Position numbers and translations under genes: made by a program
Origin: Candidatus Latescibacterota bacterium
GTDB lineage: Bacteria > Latescibacterota > UBA2968
DNA length: 64,000 nucleotides
NCBI GenBank assembly: GCA_965204375.1
Contig: OZ241986.1
Coordinates: forward strand, 5,504,001 to 5,568,000
Direction of reading: 5' to 3'
The notes under the pieces: model-generated
Told to the model about the DNA's origin: nothing
The model's input: the letters and a program-made list of their open reading frames with translations, nothing else
The model's database searches: none
Part shown: positions 17,128 through 26,803 of the stretch, piece after piece
Layout: each line of letters starts with the position of its first letter
How positions within the stretch are numbered: position 1 is the stretch's first letter

Positions 17128-20040
17128 TTAGTAATTCAAACTTATACGGAATGCAATACTGCGCGGGATGGGCACTTCTACGAAGTCAAATCCGCGTACT
17201 GCGGTGCGCTGTCCGGCGATGTTGGTTTCCGGATCGTAACCGCTGTAGTCGTCTATGGAAAGCAAATTGCGTCCAATCAGGCTCAATTGAATGCCGCTCA
17301 ATCCCAAAAATTGGGGCTGCCAGCGATAAGATGCGGACAGTTCGCGCAATTTCACAAAGGATCCATCTTCGATCCATTGTTCAAAAATTCGGAAGACCCG
17401 CGCATTATAGCCAGCGGGGAGTTCGCCGTTTAATTCGCGTTCGTAGTCTGTTAAAACGCCGAATGCGCTCAATGCGGCCAGGCGTCTGGTAAAGTTGAAT
17501 ACATCGCCACCTATGATGGCGTCCCATTGCATGCGAAATGACCAGTTTTGCCCCACGGCGATTTGATTGATCCATGAAGCGGTAAAGTCCGGGTTGGGAT
17601 CGCCAATAATTTTGCGATCAGCCGCTTGTATCGGGAGATTGTTTTCGTCGTTTGCGATATTGCCCTGGGCATCGCGTTCAAAAGCCGTGCTGAAGAAAAC
17701 TCCGAGGGGTTCGCCGTTGATGGCCGAGACCTGGGAAAACGAATTTGGGATGATCAATCGCCCGCCCTCAATGCCATCGACTTTGTTTTTGTTGGTCGAA
17801 TACGTGAAGGTCGATTCCCAGCGGAGATTGGGGCGTGCAAGCGGAATCGCGCGCACGAGGAGTTCCAACCCGGTATTGTCCATGGTGCCGACATTTTGCA
17901 GGGCACGCGAATGACCTGTGGAGGGGGATAATGTGCGGAATAGCAATAAGTCGTCGATGCGCTGATCGTAATAGGTCAGTTCTATGCCCAGGCGATTGGA
18001 CAGGAGACTAAAATCCGTCCCTATTTCAATTTCTCGCTGTCTTTCGGGTTTGATCGTCCCGCCGAGTTGTGTGCTGGGCACCAGACCGGGGTTGCCGTCA
18101 TAGGAGGATGCATTGTAATTGGTCAGGCGGTCATACGGCCCAATAGCTGTTTGACCCCCTGAAGCGCCTATGGAGGCTCGCAATTTGAAGTCTGGAAGGA
18201 TGTTTTGAAGTGCGCTATTTTGCCAGAAGCCCGTATCTGAAATGAGATAGGAGGCACTCGCTTTTGGATAAAATTGCCAGCGATTATCCGCGTCATAGAC
18301 CGAGGAGGCGTCGATGCGGGCGGCAGCCGTGACAAAAAGACGGTTGGCGATCCCAAAGGTTTGCTGGACAAATCCGCCATAAATGACCCTTTTGCTTCTA
18401 AATTCGCCTGCGACGACGTTTGCACCGCTTGATACGACTTCTGCAACGGGACTCAGATTTCTGCCTTCTGCGCTGAAGTTTTCTCCTTTTTCGTATTGCA
18501 GGGTTCCGCCGATGCGCGTGGTTGATTGCACGTTGGGAAATATGTCCCGCTGGTATCTGATGTTGAGGTCATTGTTGAGTTGCAGAAAATCGAATACGGC
18601 TCTTCGAGAAAAGCCATTTGCCAGGCCCGGCGCAGAGGTACCGGTAGGGATAAATGCGATGGCCGTTTGATCGTAGGTATCAATGCCCAGAGTATAGTCG
18701 ATACTCAATCCAGATAGCGGGGTTGCATCTATCTGTGCACTTCCAATATAGCGCGTGATTTCTTGTGTGAAATCGTATCGATCGATGACTTCGAGGGGAT
18801 TGGCGAGAATGCCGTCGTCCGGATAAGTACCGGTTTCGGGGTCGGGCGTGAGATTATAGGTATTGGGACCAAAAATAAAACCCGTCATCGAGCCGTAGTT
18901 TGAATTTAGTCCGCCGTTGGGGATGTCATTGCTTTTGCTGAATACGAAATTTCCCCCCACAGATAAGGTCAACCAGTTTGACAAATTCTGGTCGATGCGC
19001 GTTCGGGCACTGATCCGCCGGAACAATGTGTTTTCAACCACGCCTTGATCGGCGAGATAGGACCCGGAGGCAAAATAACGGGTATTGCCAGATCCTCCCG
19101 AAATCGACGCATAGTGCTCCATTCCCGCGGCGCGTCTGAAGATGGCGTCCTGATGGTCAAAGCGCTGCACATCGGAGCCATCGGAATTTTTATTTCCCCT
19201 GTTGTCAACGGTTGCCCGATTTACAGGCAGTGTTTTGCGTATTTTTGACGTTGAGAGACCATAGGTATAGTTTATGCGAGGCTTGCCCTGGGCACCGCGT
19301 TTTGTAAATATTTGCACGACACCGTTGTTTGCACGCGATCCGTACAGGGCTGCTGCTGCTGCGCCTTTTACGATTTCAATGCGTTCTACGTCGTTTGGGT
19401 TGAGATCGATGAGTCGATTTTGCGACCCACCGCCCAGGCGGATGAGTTCTGGGGAGTCGTTGTTCACTATGACGCCATCTACCACATAGAGGGGGTCGGC
19501 ATCGCCCAGGACGGTACCGGTTCCGCGCAGACGGATGGTTACGCCGCCGCCGGGGTTGCCCGAGTTTTGCTGGATGAGGGCACCAGCTAATTTACCGGTC
19601 AGTGCTTTGTCGAGGGATGTGGCGCCCGTGGATTCCAATTGGCGAATGGTCAGGGTGGAGATGGCATTTCCCAGTTGTTTTTTGCTGGCTGCAACGGAAA
19701 GGCCGGTGACGACGATTTCGTCAAATTGCAAGACATCTACGGCGAGTTGAAAAGAGACTTCCACAAGGCCGCTGTTTTGGTGAATGGTTTGTCTGGCGGA
19801 TTTGTAGCCCACAAAGCGCGCTTCGATGGTGGTTTCCGCTGCTGGCTCTGATAAATATAGCGCGAAATTGCCCTGGGCATCGGTGTTCGTGCCAGTTGTT
19901 GTGCCGATGACAATGATATTGGCACCCGGCAGACTCTCGCCTCGCTCGTCGGTGACTGCGCCTTTAATGGTGAGTTGGGCAAAGGCCGAAATAGGGATGC
20001 TGAGAGAGAGACAAAGAACGAAAAATAGTCGAGGTAACAT
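17128..20040 (-). CDS. SusC/RagA-family TonB-dependent receptor
   Basis: N-terminal GESLPGANI domain, PLYVVDG, IEIVKGAAAAALYGSRANNGVV, YSGYDPE. Confidence 0.95.
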   Translation of the reverse strand: MLPRLFFVLCLSLSIPISAFAQLTIKGAVTDERGESLPGANIIVIGTTTGTNTDAQGNFALYLSEPAAETTIEARFVGYKSARQTIHQNSGLVEVSFQLAVDVLQFDEIVVTGLSVAASKKQLGNAISTLTIRQLESTGATSLDKALTGKLAGALIQQNSGNPGGGVTIRLRGTGTVLGDADPLYVVDGVIVNNDSPELIRLGGGSQNRLIDLNPNDVERIEIVKGAAAAALYGSRANNGVVQIFTKRGAQGKPRINYTYGLSTSKIRKTLPVNRATVDNRGNKNSDGSDVQRFDHQDAIFRRAAGMEHYASISGGSGNTRYFASGSYLADQGVVENTLFRRISARTRIDQNLSNWLTLSVGGNFVFSKSNDIPNGGLNSNYGSMTGFIFGPNTYNLTPDPETGTYPDDGILANPLEVIDRYDFTQEITRYIGSAQIDATPLSGLSIDYTLGIDTYDQTAIAFIPTGTSAPGLANGFSRRAVFDFLQLNNDLNIRYQRDIFPNVQSTTRIGGTLQYEKGENFSAEGRNLSPVAEVVSSGANVVAGEFRSKRVIYGGFVQQTFGIANRLFVTAAARIDASSVYDADNRWQFYPKASASYLISDTGFWQNSALQNILPDFKLRASIGASGGQTAIGPYDRLTNYNASSYDGNPGLVPSTQLGGTIKPERQREIEIGTDFSLLSNRLGIELTYYDQRIDDLLLFRTLSPSTGHSRALQNVGTMDNTGLELLVRAIPLARPNLRWESTFTYSTNKNKVDGIEGGRLIIPNSFSQVSAINGEPLGVFFSTAFERDAQGNIANDENNLPIQAADRKIIGDPNPDFTASWINQIAVGQNWSFRMQWDAIIGGDVFNFTRRLAALSAFGVLTDYERELNGELPAGYNARVFRIFEQWIEDGSFVKLRELSASYRWQPQFLGLSGIQLSLIGRNLLSIDDYSGYDPETNIAGQRTAVRGFDFVEVPIPRSIAFRISLNY

Positions 20041-20179
20041 GTGTAATTCTCCTTATATTTAAATGAAATGTAACTAATTGTTGGGTGACTGTCACGGTGT
20101 TTTTTATTTGCTCAAAGTTGTTATTTTTTTGAAATTCAGAGGATGTCACAAAGAAAATATCACAACAGGAGGAAGTACC

Positions 20180-21016
20180 ATGAGCGAGTCGAATAGCGAT
20201 CCGAGATATACGATGGGGCGCAGTGAGGGAGAGACGGAGCGTTTGATTCAGCAGTCGCAACTTTACGAGGCTGTGACGTTGCGTTTTTTTCAGGAGGCGG
20301 GTCTTGTTAGCGGGATGCGAGTTCTCGATGTGGGTAGCGGTGCCGGAGATGTGGCGATGGCGGCCGCTAAACTGGTCGGTGCAGAGGGGGAAGTCGTGGG
20401 TGTGGATGTCAATGCGGGGATTCTCGATACGGCCAGAGCGCGGGTGAGAGAACTGGGTTTTGAAAATATTCAGTTCACGGCGGGGGATGCTCGAACGCTG
20501 GATGTAGGAGGGGACTTTGATGCTGTGGTCGGGCGCCTTGTTCTCATGTATATGTCTGATCCTGCAGATGCTTTGAAAGAGTTCATAAGGCACTTGCGCC
20601 CGGGGGGTATTGTCGCTTTTCAGGAGGCTGATTTTACGCCTTATATGTCGATTTATCGTTCAGATACGCCCCTTATGAACAAGCTGGTTGAATGGGGGGT
20701 TGCAGTTTTTCAGCGTTCAGGGGCGCATACTGAAATGGGCATGGATCTCCATCGCACGTTTTTGGATGCCGGTTTACCTGCGCCTGTTTTGCATTTTGTA
20801 GCGCCATTGGGGGGCGCAGAATCGTGGGCTGGGTACGATTTTATGGCCGGCGCCTTTCGCAGTCTGGTCCCGCTTATGGAAGAGTTTGGAATTGCGACTG
20901 CTGAAGAGGTCGATGTGGATACACTCGCAGATCGGATTTGGGAAGAGATCAGGGTGTCAAAACGCCCGCTTCTCTTGCCACCGCATGTGACCGCGTGGAC
21001 GCGGCTTGAGACATAG
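20180..21016 (+). CDS. Class I SAM-dependent methyltransferase
   Basis: VLDVGSGAG, FDAVVGR, LRPGG; ATG after AGGAGG. Confidence 0.9.
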   Translation: MSESNSDPRYTMGRSEGETERLIQQSQLYEAVTLRFFQEAGLVSGMRVLDVGSGAGDVAMAAAKLVGAEGEVVGVDVNAGILDTARARVRELGFENIQFTAGDARTLDVGGDFDAVVGRLVLMYMSDPADALKEFIRHLRPGGIVAFQEADFTPYMSIYRSDTPLMNKLVEWGVAVFQRSGAHTEMGMDLHRTFLDAGLPAPVLHFVAPLGGAESWAGYDFMAGAFRSLVPLMEEFGIATAEEVDVDTLADRIWEEIRVSKRPLLLPPHVTAWTRLET

Positions 21017-21074
21017 GGGTGTTAGGACGGCGAATCAAATGTTTTAATTTTGAATGAATACTGGAGGGACCACG

Positions 21075-21590
21075 ATGACCCGATCTGAACTCGCTCATCG
21101 CATTTATCAGACTTCTCATTTGACCGGGCAATTTACGCTTCGCTCAGGTGCGGTTGCGACAGAGTATTTCGACAAGTATCAGTTTGAAACCCGTCCCGAA
21201 CTGCTCTGCGAACTCGCCGCGCATCTCCAGCCCCTGATTCCCGAGGATACAGATGTTCTCGCAGGTCTCGAACTCGGTGGCGTGCCCCTGGCGACGATGC
21301 TTTCTCAGTTGTCCGGGCTGCCCACGTGTTTTGTGCGAAAAGAGGCCAAGACTTATGGGACTTGCAAACTCGCCGAAGGGGTTGATATATCTGGTAAGAA
21401 TTTGCTGGTCGTTGAAGATGTGGTCACTTCTGGTGGGCAGGTTGTTCTTTCCACTCGGGACCTTCGCAATCTCGGCGCGCGCGTTTCACAGGCGATATGT
21501 GTGATTGACCGCGAGTCCGGTGGCACAGAGAATCTCGCCGAAGAGGGTATTGAACTCCGCGCGCTGTTTCGGATGAGCGAGTTGACGTGA
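21075..21590 (+). CDS. pyrE: Orotate phosphoribosyltransferase
   Basis: GQFTLRSG..YFDK, VRKEAK, PRPP motif VVEDVVTSGG. Confidence 0.9.
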   Translation: MTRSELAHRIYQTSHLTGQFTLRSGAVATEYFDKYQFETRPELLCELAAHLQPLIPEDTDVLAGLELGGVPLATMLSQLSGLPTCFVRKEAKTYGTCKLAEGVDISGKNLLVVEDVVTSGGQVVLSTRDLRNLGARVSQAICVIDRESGGTENLAEEGIELRALFRMSELT

Positions 21591-21607
21591 CGGTGGGCGC
21601 GGAACTT

Positions 21608-22189
21608 ATGAATACTTTTCAAAGGATTGCGACATCCCTATCGGCGTATCAGGCCAGTATTTGTTCGGAAACGGATAAAACGCAGGCGGCTGTTGCTGCG
21701 GTTTTTCATCCGCGACGGGATGATCTCTATCTTCTCTTTATCGAGCGTGCCGCACACCCCAAAGATCCCTGGTCGGGGCATATCGCCTTTCCCGGTGGTA
21801 CAGCCGAACCCGATGATCCGGATCTCAAATACACGGCTGAGCGCGAGACCCGCGAGGAACTCGGTCTCGATCTGAGCACCGCGCAGTATCTCGGTCGTCT
21901 GGACGATGTCACGGGTGCGACGTTGCCCATCCAGGTGGCCTGTTTTGTTTATGCGATTTTTGAAGGCGTTGAGGTTGCGCCCAATGACGAGGTGCGCGAT
22001 GTTTTCTGGACGCCTTTTGCACATTTCGCCGATTCCTCGCGGTGGCAGAGGCTCGATCTCGAAGGTTGGCGCAATATGCCGGCTATTGATTTGCTCGGTG
22101 CCAATCGCCCCGTGCTGTGGGGGCTGACCTATCGCATGGTTGCGCAACTGGCGGGGTTTGCGGGTGTTGATTTGCCCGAAAGGCCATAG
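21608..22189 (+). CDS. Nudix hydrolase, CoA pyrophosphatase-like
   Basis: SGHIAFPGG, AERETREELG Nudix box, LWGLT. Confidence 0.88.
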   Translation: MNTFQRIATSLSAYQASICSETDKTQAAVAAVFHPRRDDLYLLFIERAAHPKDPWSGHIAFPGGTAEPDDPDLKYTAERETREELGLDLSTAQYLGRLDDVTGATLPIQVACFVYAIFEGVEVAPNDEVRDVFWTPFAHFADSSRWQRLDLEGWRNMPAIDLLGANRPVLWGLTYRMVAQLAGFAGVDLPERP

Positions 22190-22238
22190 AAGTTCGCGTT
22201 TCCCAGCACCTGAATTATTCATTAAACTTAGGAGAACA

Positions 22239-23075
22239 ATGACTGAACTCAAACAAAAGGCAATACCAGATCGCGTTGAAATATTCCGTAGCGGACAAAA
22301 AGATCCCATTCTCATTCAGCAGGCCAGAGCTGATACCCGTGCCTATATTCACCCCATTGTGGCGCCCGACGGCAATGGCATCCTTACCGAAGATACCCCC
22401 TCGCACCATCCCTGGCAGCACGGCCTTTATGTGGGTCTCAATGAGGTCAACGGGGTTGGGTTCTGGACAGAGGGACTGCAGGAGAGGCGCAAAGATCAGG
22501 ACGGGACTTTTCATCCCGAACCGGTCAGCAATACAGATGTGTACAATAATACTGCTACCTGGACCGTTACCAGCGAATGGCGAGATCCCGACGGTGCGCC
22601 TATGCTCACCGAAATACAGGCATGGACTTTCAACGATCAAGGCGATACGTACGATATCGATATCACATGGTCCCTCACCGCATTCTGTGATCTTACCTTT
22701 GGAGAATACGCCTACGGTGGTCTCTTTCTTCGAATGCCCTACAAAAGAGACCTCGGCGGCGAGGCCATCAACAGTGAGGGGCAGACCAATCGCGACGCTG
22801 AAGGACAACGCGCACAATGGGTTTCTGTCTCTATTCCCATCGAAGGACGCACTGACTGGGCTGGCATTGCGATGATGGATCACCCCACCAATCCCGAATA
22901 CCCCAATCCCTGGCGCGTTGACGGCCAACTCGGCATTGTGCCCAGCCGCTGTATTGCTGGTCCCTGGACGCTAACACAAGGAGAGACGACCGCGAGTAAG
23001 TATCGGTTGTTTGTTTTCTGTGGTAGAACGGATATTTCGCGTGTTGAAGAGAATTGGGCCAGTTTTTCCGCGTAG
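22239..23075 (+). CDS. PmoA-family (DUF6807-like) soluble protein
   Basis: YIHPI, HPWQHGL, YGGLFLR, DHPTNP..PNPW motifs. Confidence 0.75.
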   Translation: MTELKQKAIPDRVEIFRSGQKDPILIQQARADTRAYIHPIVAPDGNGILTEDTPSHHPWQHGLYVGLNEVNGVGFWTEGLQERRKDQDGTFHPEPVSNTDVYNNTATWTVTSEWRDPDGAPMLTEIQAWTFNDQGDTYDIDITWSLTAFCDLTFGEYAYGGLFLRMPYKRDLGGEAINSEGQTNRDAEGQRAQWVSVSIPIEGRTDWAGIAMMDHPTNPEYPNPWRVDGQLGIVPSRCIAGPWTLTQGETTASKYRLFVFCGRTDISRVEENWASFSA

Positions 23076-23091
23076 TAGAGGGCGTGCGTTC

Positions 23092-25083
23092 TCATTCCAC
23101 AATCTTGAGTCTGTTTTCTGCGTCGTACAGGCTATAGACTTTCTGTACCTGATCCAATTCCCTTTCTTCGATTTTTATGGTGAGTGGTCGAGGGGCAAGC
23201 AGTGAGAGGAGTCCTGGTCGCCCGATATGTCGGGCGATGTAGGGTACTACTCCTTCCTGTCGATAGCGCTGCTGGTGGTGCGGCTCAATTCCCCCTTTGG
23301 ATCCGAGGATGATTTTGGTTATTCGGTCATCCAGGATCGCCGCGTACAGGGCGATGTCATCGACGTGTCCATGGCAGGTTGCTTGCTGAATCCCTCGCTG
23401 TTTCAGGAGGTCCAATGCTTCGATTACGTGTTGTACATTGGCCGTTGTCGAAGGTTCTCCCAGCAGCATCCCACTGTCGTCCATGCCGACACAATCCAGA
23501 GCGAGGACGGTTGTGCCAGAAGCTATCAGGTGCCGCACTTCGTCCGTTTGCAGGGCGCCCTGTTTGGTGCGGCTCTGGTGGAGATAGAGGGCTGTATTTC
23601 CCGATGCATTTTTTGGGGTTAGTAGAAAGGATGAGAGGCCGAGGGCGCCGTAGCGAATTTCTTCTCCAGTAAATTCATCTTCTTCGAATGTTCGGATGGT
23701 TTCGGGTGAGATGCGCGGTCTGTTTTCGGGTACTGCGAGGACTTTTGCCACTGTTTCCCGCAGGGCTATCCGCTCGCGTTTCCAGTCTTTCAGTTTTTGG
23801 GGTATGTCCAGTTTGGGCGGTAATTCTTTCAAGATGGATGCCACCCATCCCCGCATCGCAAATTCCGGTGCTTCATAGCCTTTCGGCGGCAAGCAGGCGA
23901 GTTCGTCGGTCGGTACTGGTGCCACATTTAGATCGATGACCGCGGTTCCGGCGTAGTGCTTGTGGCTCTTATAGCCCGATTCGATGTCGATTCCGTGTGT
24001 ATCTGTCCAATCTCCCAGATAGACTTCTGGCAGTTGTTGTACTGCTTCTGCGTCGAATTTCGGCATGCCCAGGTGTTTTTCTACCCAGGCGAAGGCGGGT
24101 TTGTTGAGGAAGTAGGGCCGGTGGCCGCCTTTTGGGGTGATGTGGATGTCGAACTGGTCCGGAATCCCGCAAATGTCATAGACCCGTCGCACTTGTCGGC
24201 AGGTTTCGAGTAGTCCACGATACGCATGGGGAGGATAGTCCCATTCCCCGGCGAGGATGAGCGTGGCGCACCGGGGGGCGCCCATCGCGATTTGTTCCGG
24301 CATATCGACATAGTGCTTGAGGCGATAGGGACGCCATTCGCAGCTCAGGTCGCCTACGATGTAGTCGAAATGGGTTACCCAGGAGGCGGGCAGGCTGAGG
24401 GCCAGGCGGTCGTCTGTGCAGAGGACGTTCATGGTGATGGTGCAGCCGAGTGAGTGGCCCACACAGCCGATTCGATCGGTATCTACTTCGGGACGGGTGC
24501 AGAGGTAGTCGATGCCGCGGATGATGTCGTAGGTCATTTTGCCGATGACTGAGCGGCCCACTTCAAAGCATCGGTCGATCCTGAAGTCCAGACGGTGGCC
24601 GCGTATTCCCGGGCGGTTTTCTTCGTCCCGTTCTTCTTCGCCCACCGGGTCGGGGATCAGGCAGATGATCCCCGCTTTGGCGTATATCTGGCCCGCGTAG
24701 TGGTTGTAGAACGCGCTTTTGCTCCCGCCGTGTCCGCTGGGGAAGATGAGGGCCGGGACCGGAAAGGTTACGCCTTTTGGCAGGAAGAGGTGGGCGGGTA
24801 CAGAGGATCCCGGTTCGGCGTCGTAGATGACTTTTTCAATGGTGAAGTCGTCTCTTTCGATTTTCCCGACTGTGCGAGGATAGAGGGGGCCGCCGGTTTC
24901 GGGGAAGTCGAAGATTGCGCGGAGGATGGGGCGCAGTTTGGCGGTGTGAGTTTCCCATTCTTCCCGGGTGCGGGGGAAGGCGTCGCCGATCCGCTGTTCG
25001 GGGAGTGCTGCGAGTTTTTCCCGCAGGTAGGCCACGTATTGAGCCTGTACTTTTGCGTGGTCGGGATGTCTTTGTATGTTCAT
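23092..25083 (-). CDS. Tandem alpha/beta-hydrolase (acetylxylan esterase/dienelactone hydrolase-like)
   Basis: GHG, DYLCTRPEVD, nucleophile GHSLG, APR, GGH; degenerate second domain. Confidence 0.8.
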   Translation of the reverse strand: MNIQRHPDHAKVQAQYVAYLREKLAALPEQRIGDAFPRTREEWETHTAKLRPILRAIFDFPETGGPLYPRTVGKIERDDFTIEKVIYDAEPGSSVPAHLFLPKGVTFPVPALIFPSGHGGSKSAFYNHYAGQIYAKAGIICLIPDPVGEEERDEENRPGIRGHRLDFRIDRCFEVGRSVIGKMTYDIIRGIDYLCTRPEVDTDRIGCVGHSLGCTITMNVLCTDDRLALSLPASWVTHFDYIVGDLSCEWRPYRLKHYVDMPEQIAMGAPRCATLILAGEWDYPPHAYRGLLETCRQVRRVYDICGIPDQFDIHITPKGGHRPYFLNKPAFAWVEKHLGMPKFDAEAVQQLPEVYLGDWTDTHGIDIESGYKSHKHYAGTAVIDLNVAPVPTDELACLPPKGYEAPEFAMRGWVASILKELPPKLDIPQKLKDWKRERIALRETVAKVLAVPENRPRISPETIRTFEEDEFTGEEIRYGALGLSSFLLTPKNASGNTALYLHQSRTKQGALQTDEVRHLIASGTTVLALDCVGMDDSGMLLGEPSTTANVQHVIEALDLLKQRGIQQATCHGHVDDIALYAAILDDRITKIILGSKGGIEPHHQQRYRQEGVVPYIARHIGRPGLLSLLAPRPLTIKIEERELDQVQKVYSLYDAENRLKIVE

Positions 25084-25263
25084 GGTGATCACCTTTCGAG
25101 GAAGAAGTTCCGGGAACAAGAAAATCGGATGTAAACCCGATGGCAATAAAAAAATGTCGCTTTCGATTTGATTTCTGCTTGATTTGTTTTTCTGGGATTA
25201 CGATTTTAGGAGATGAGGTCGATACGGGTTCTTTTAACACTGATCAGAGAAGGATTATCCGAT

Positions 25264-26025
25264 ATGGCAGAACGCAAGAAGTTGTTGATTACGGGGGCAG
25301 CGGGCAAGATTGGGACGGCACTGCGCAAGCATTTGCGGCATCGGTACGATTTTCGGTTGATGTTTCATTCTCAGATTCCGGACGATCTGGACGAGAAGGA
25401 CGAGGTGGTGGTTTCGGATATTTCCAATTTTGAGGCTATGGTGGAGGCCGCTGCCGGGGTGGATGCAATTGCCCATCTGGCTCTTTTTAGAACCTGGCAG
25501 GGGATGCCAAATGCACAGAGGGCGCAGGTGACGTTTGATGTGGATATGAAGGGAACGTATAATATCTACGAGGCAGCGCGGATTAATCGGGTGCCGACGG
25601 TGGTCTATGCGAGTACGAATCATGTGACCGGTATGAATGAGAAGGAGGGCATTCGTTCGGAGCCGGACAAACCGGTGCGTCCGGATGGGATTTACGGGGC
25701 TGGCAAGGCGTTTGGAGAGGCTCTGGGACGGTTTTACGCCGATCAGTACGGGATCCGGGTGTTCTGTTTGCGGATTGCCAATTTCAATGGGCTGGATGAA
25801 CCGGGACGGGATTATGAACCGGGGCAGTCCCGGTGGTTCAGTCCCCGGGATATCGCTCAGATGACCTGGCGGTGTATCGAGGCAGAGGATTTGAAGTTTG
25901 AGATTTTTTATGGGGTGTCTCGGGGTGGCGAGGAGAAGTGGGATTTGTCCAATGCGCGGGAACTGATAGGGTTCGATCCGGAAGACGACGGTTCTTTGCC
26001 GGAGCATCGGGCGAAGTATAAATGA
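25264..26025 (+). CDS. NAD-dependent epimerase/dehydratase, uronate dehydrogenase-like
   Basis: ITGAAGKIG, ASTNHV, RPDGIYGAGKAFGE. Confidence 0.85.
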   Translation: MAERKKLLITGAAGKIGTALRKHLRHRYDFRLMFHSQIPDDLDEKDEVVVSDISNFEAMVEAAAGVDAIAHLALFRTWQGMPNAQRAQVTFDVDMKGTYNIYEAARINRVPTVVYASTNHVTGMNEKEGIRSEPDKPVRPDGIYGAGKAFGEALGRFYADQYGIRVFCLRIANFNGLDEPGRDYEPGQSRWFSPRDIAQMTWRCIEAEDLKFEIFYGVSRGGEEKWDLSNARELIGFDPEDDGSLPEHRAKYK

Positions 26026-26035
26026 GGAAAATTTT

Positions 26036-26803
26036 ATGACTGACGAAGAGAGATACTTGTTCGACCTCCAGGGCTATCTGGTGCTCCGCGGCGTGCTGAC
26101 GCAGCAGGAGGTGGATGAACTGAATGAGATCTCGGATCGGGTATATCCCAGGGATTACTCGGATGGCAATGATTCCAAAGGGCGTCGCGGTATTCGCAAT
26201 GTCCGCTATGTCTCCCGGTGGGATCCAGCTTGCCAGCGGTTGATAGATCATCCGAGGATTGTGCCGATTCTGGCGGAGTTTCTCGGTCCCAAGTTCCGCA
26301 TTGATCACGATTACGCCATGTTTATGAATGCCGGCAGCGATAGCGGAAATCTGCACGGTTTGCCGGAACTGGGGACGCATCGATACTTCCACTATCTGGA
26401 TGGGCAGGTGCGGACGGGTCTAACTGTCGTGACCTTTATGCTGGCTCCAGCCGGGGCGGGAGATGGTGGGTTTGTATGTATTCCGGGTAGCCACAAGGGC
26501 AATTTTCCTCAGAATCTGCCAGAGGATGTGCGCACGCTGAAGAGGGTGCCGCCCTATGTGGTACAGCCCGAGGTGGATGCAGGCGATGTGGTTATTTTTA
26601 CCGAGGCGTTGACCCACGGGACGAAGGGTTGGCGCGGCACCCACGAACGGCGTGCCTTTCTCTACAAATTCAATCCGGGACACATGGCCAACCATCAGTC
26701 GTCCTACGATCCGGCGAACTATTTCGAGCCTACGCCACAGCAACGACGGATTATGGGTGCCCCGTCGGTTGGCAGTCGGCCCAATGTGATTGCTCCGTTA
26801 TAG
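26036..26803 (+). CDS. PhyH-family dioxygenase lacking the canonical HxD (LHGL)
   Basis: FDLQGYLV, IPGSHK, GDVVIFTEALTHG. Confidence 0.82.
   Translation: MTDEERYLFDLQGYLVLRGVLTQQEVDELNEISDRVYPRDYSDGNDSKGRRGIRNVRYVSRWDPACQRLIDHPRIVPILAEFLGPKFRIDHDYAMFMNAGSDSGNLHGLPELGTHRYFHYLDGQVRTGLTVVTFMLAPAGAGDGGFVCIPGSHKGNFPQNLPEDVRTLKRVPPYVVQPEVDAGDVVIFTEALTHGTKGWRGTHERRAFLYKFNPGHMANHQSSYDPANYFEPTPQQRRIMGAPSVGSRPNVIAPL

Noticed and set aside
22239-23075. Methane monooxygenase subunit
   Set aside because: PmoA is only the family label; the protein is soluble and no pmoB/pmoC is nearby.
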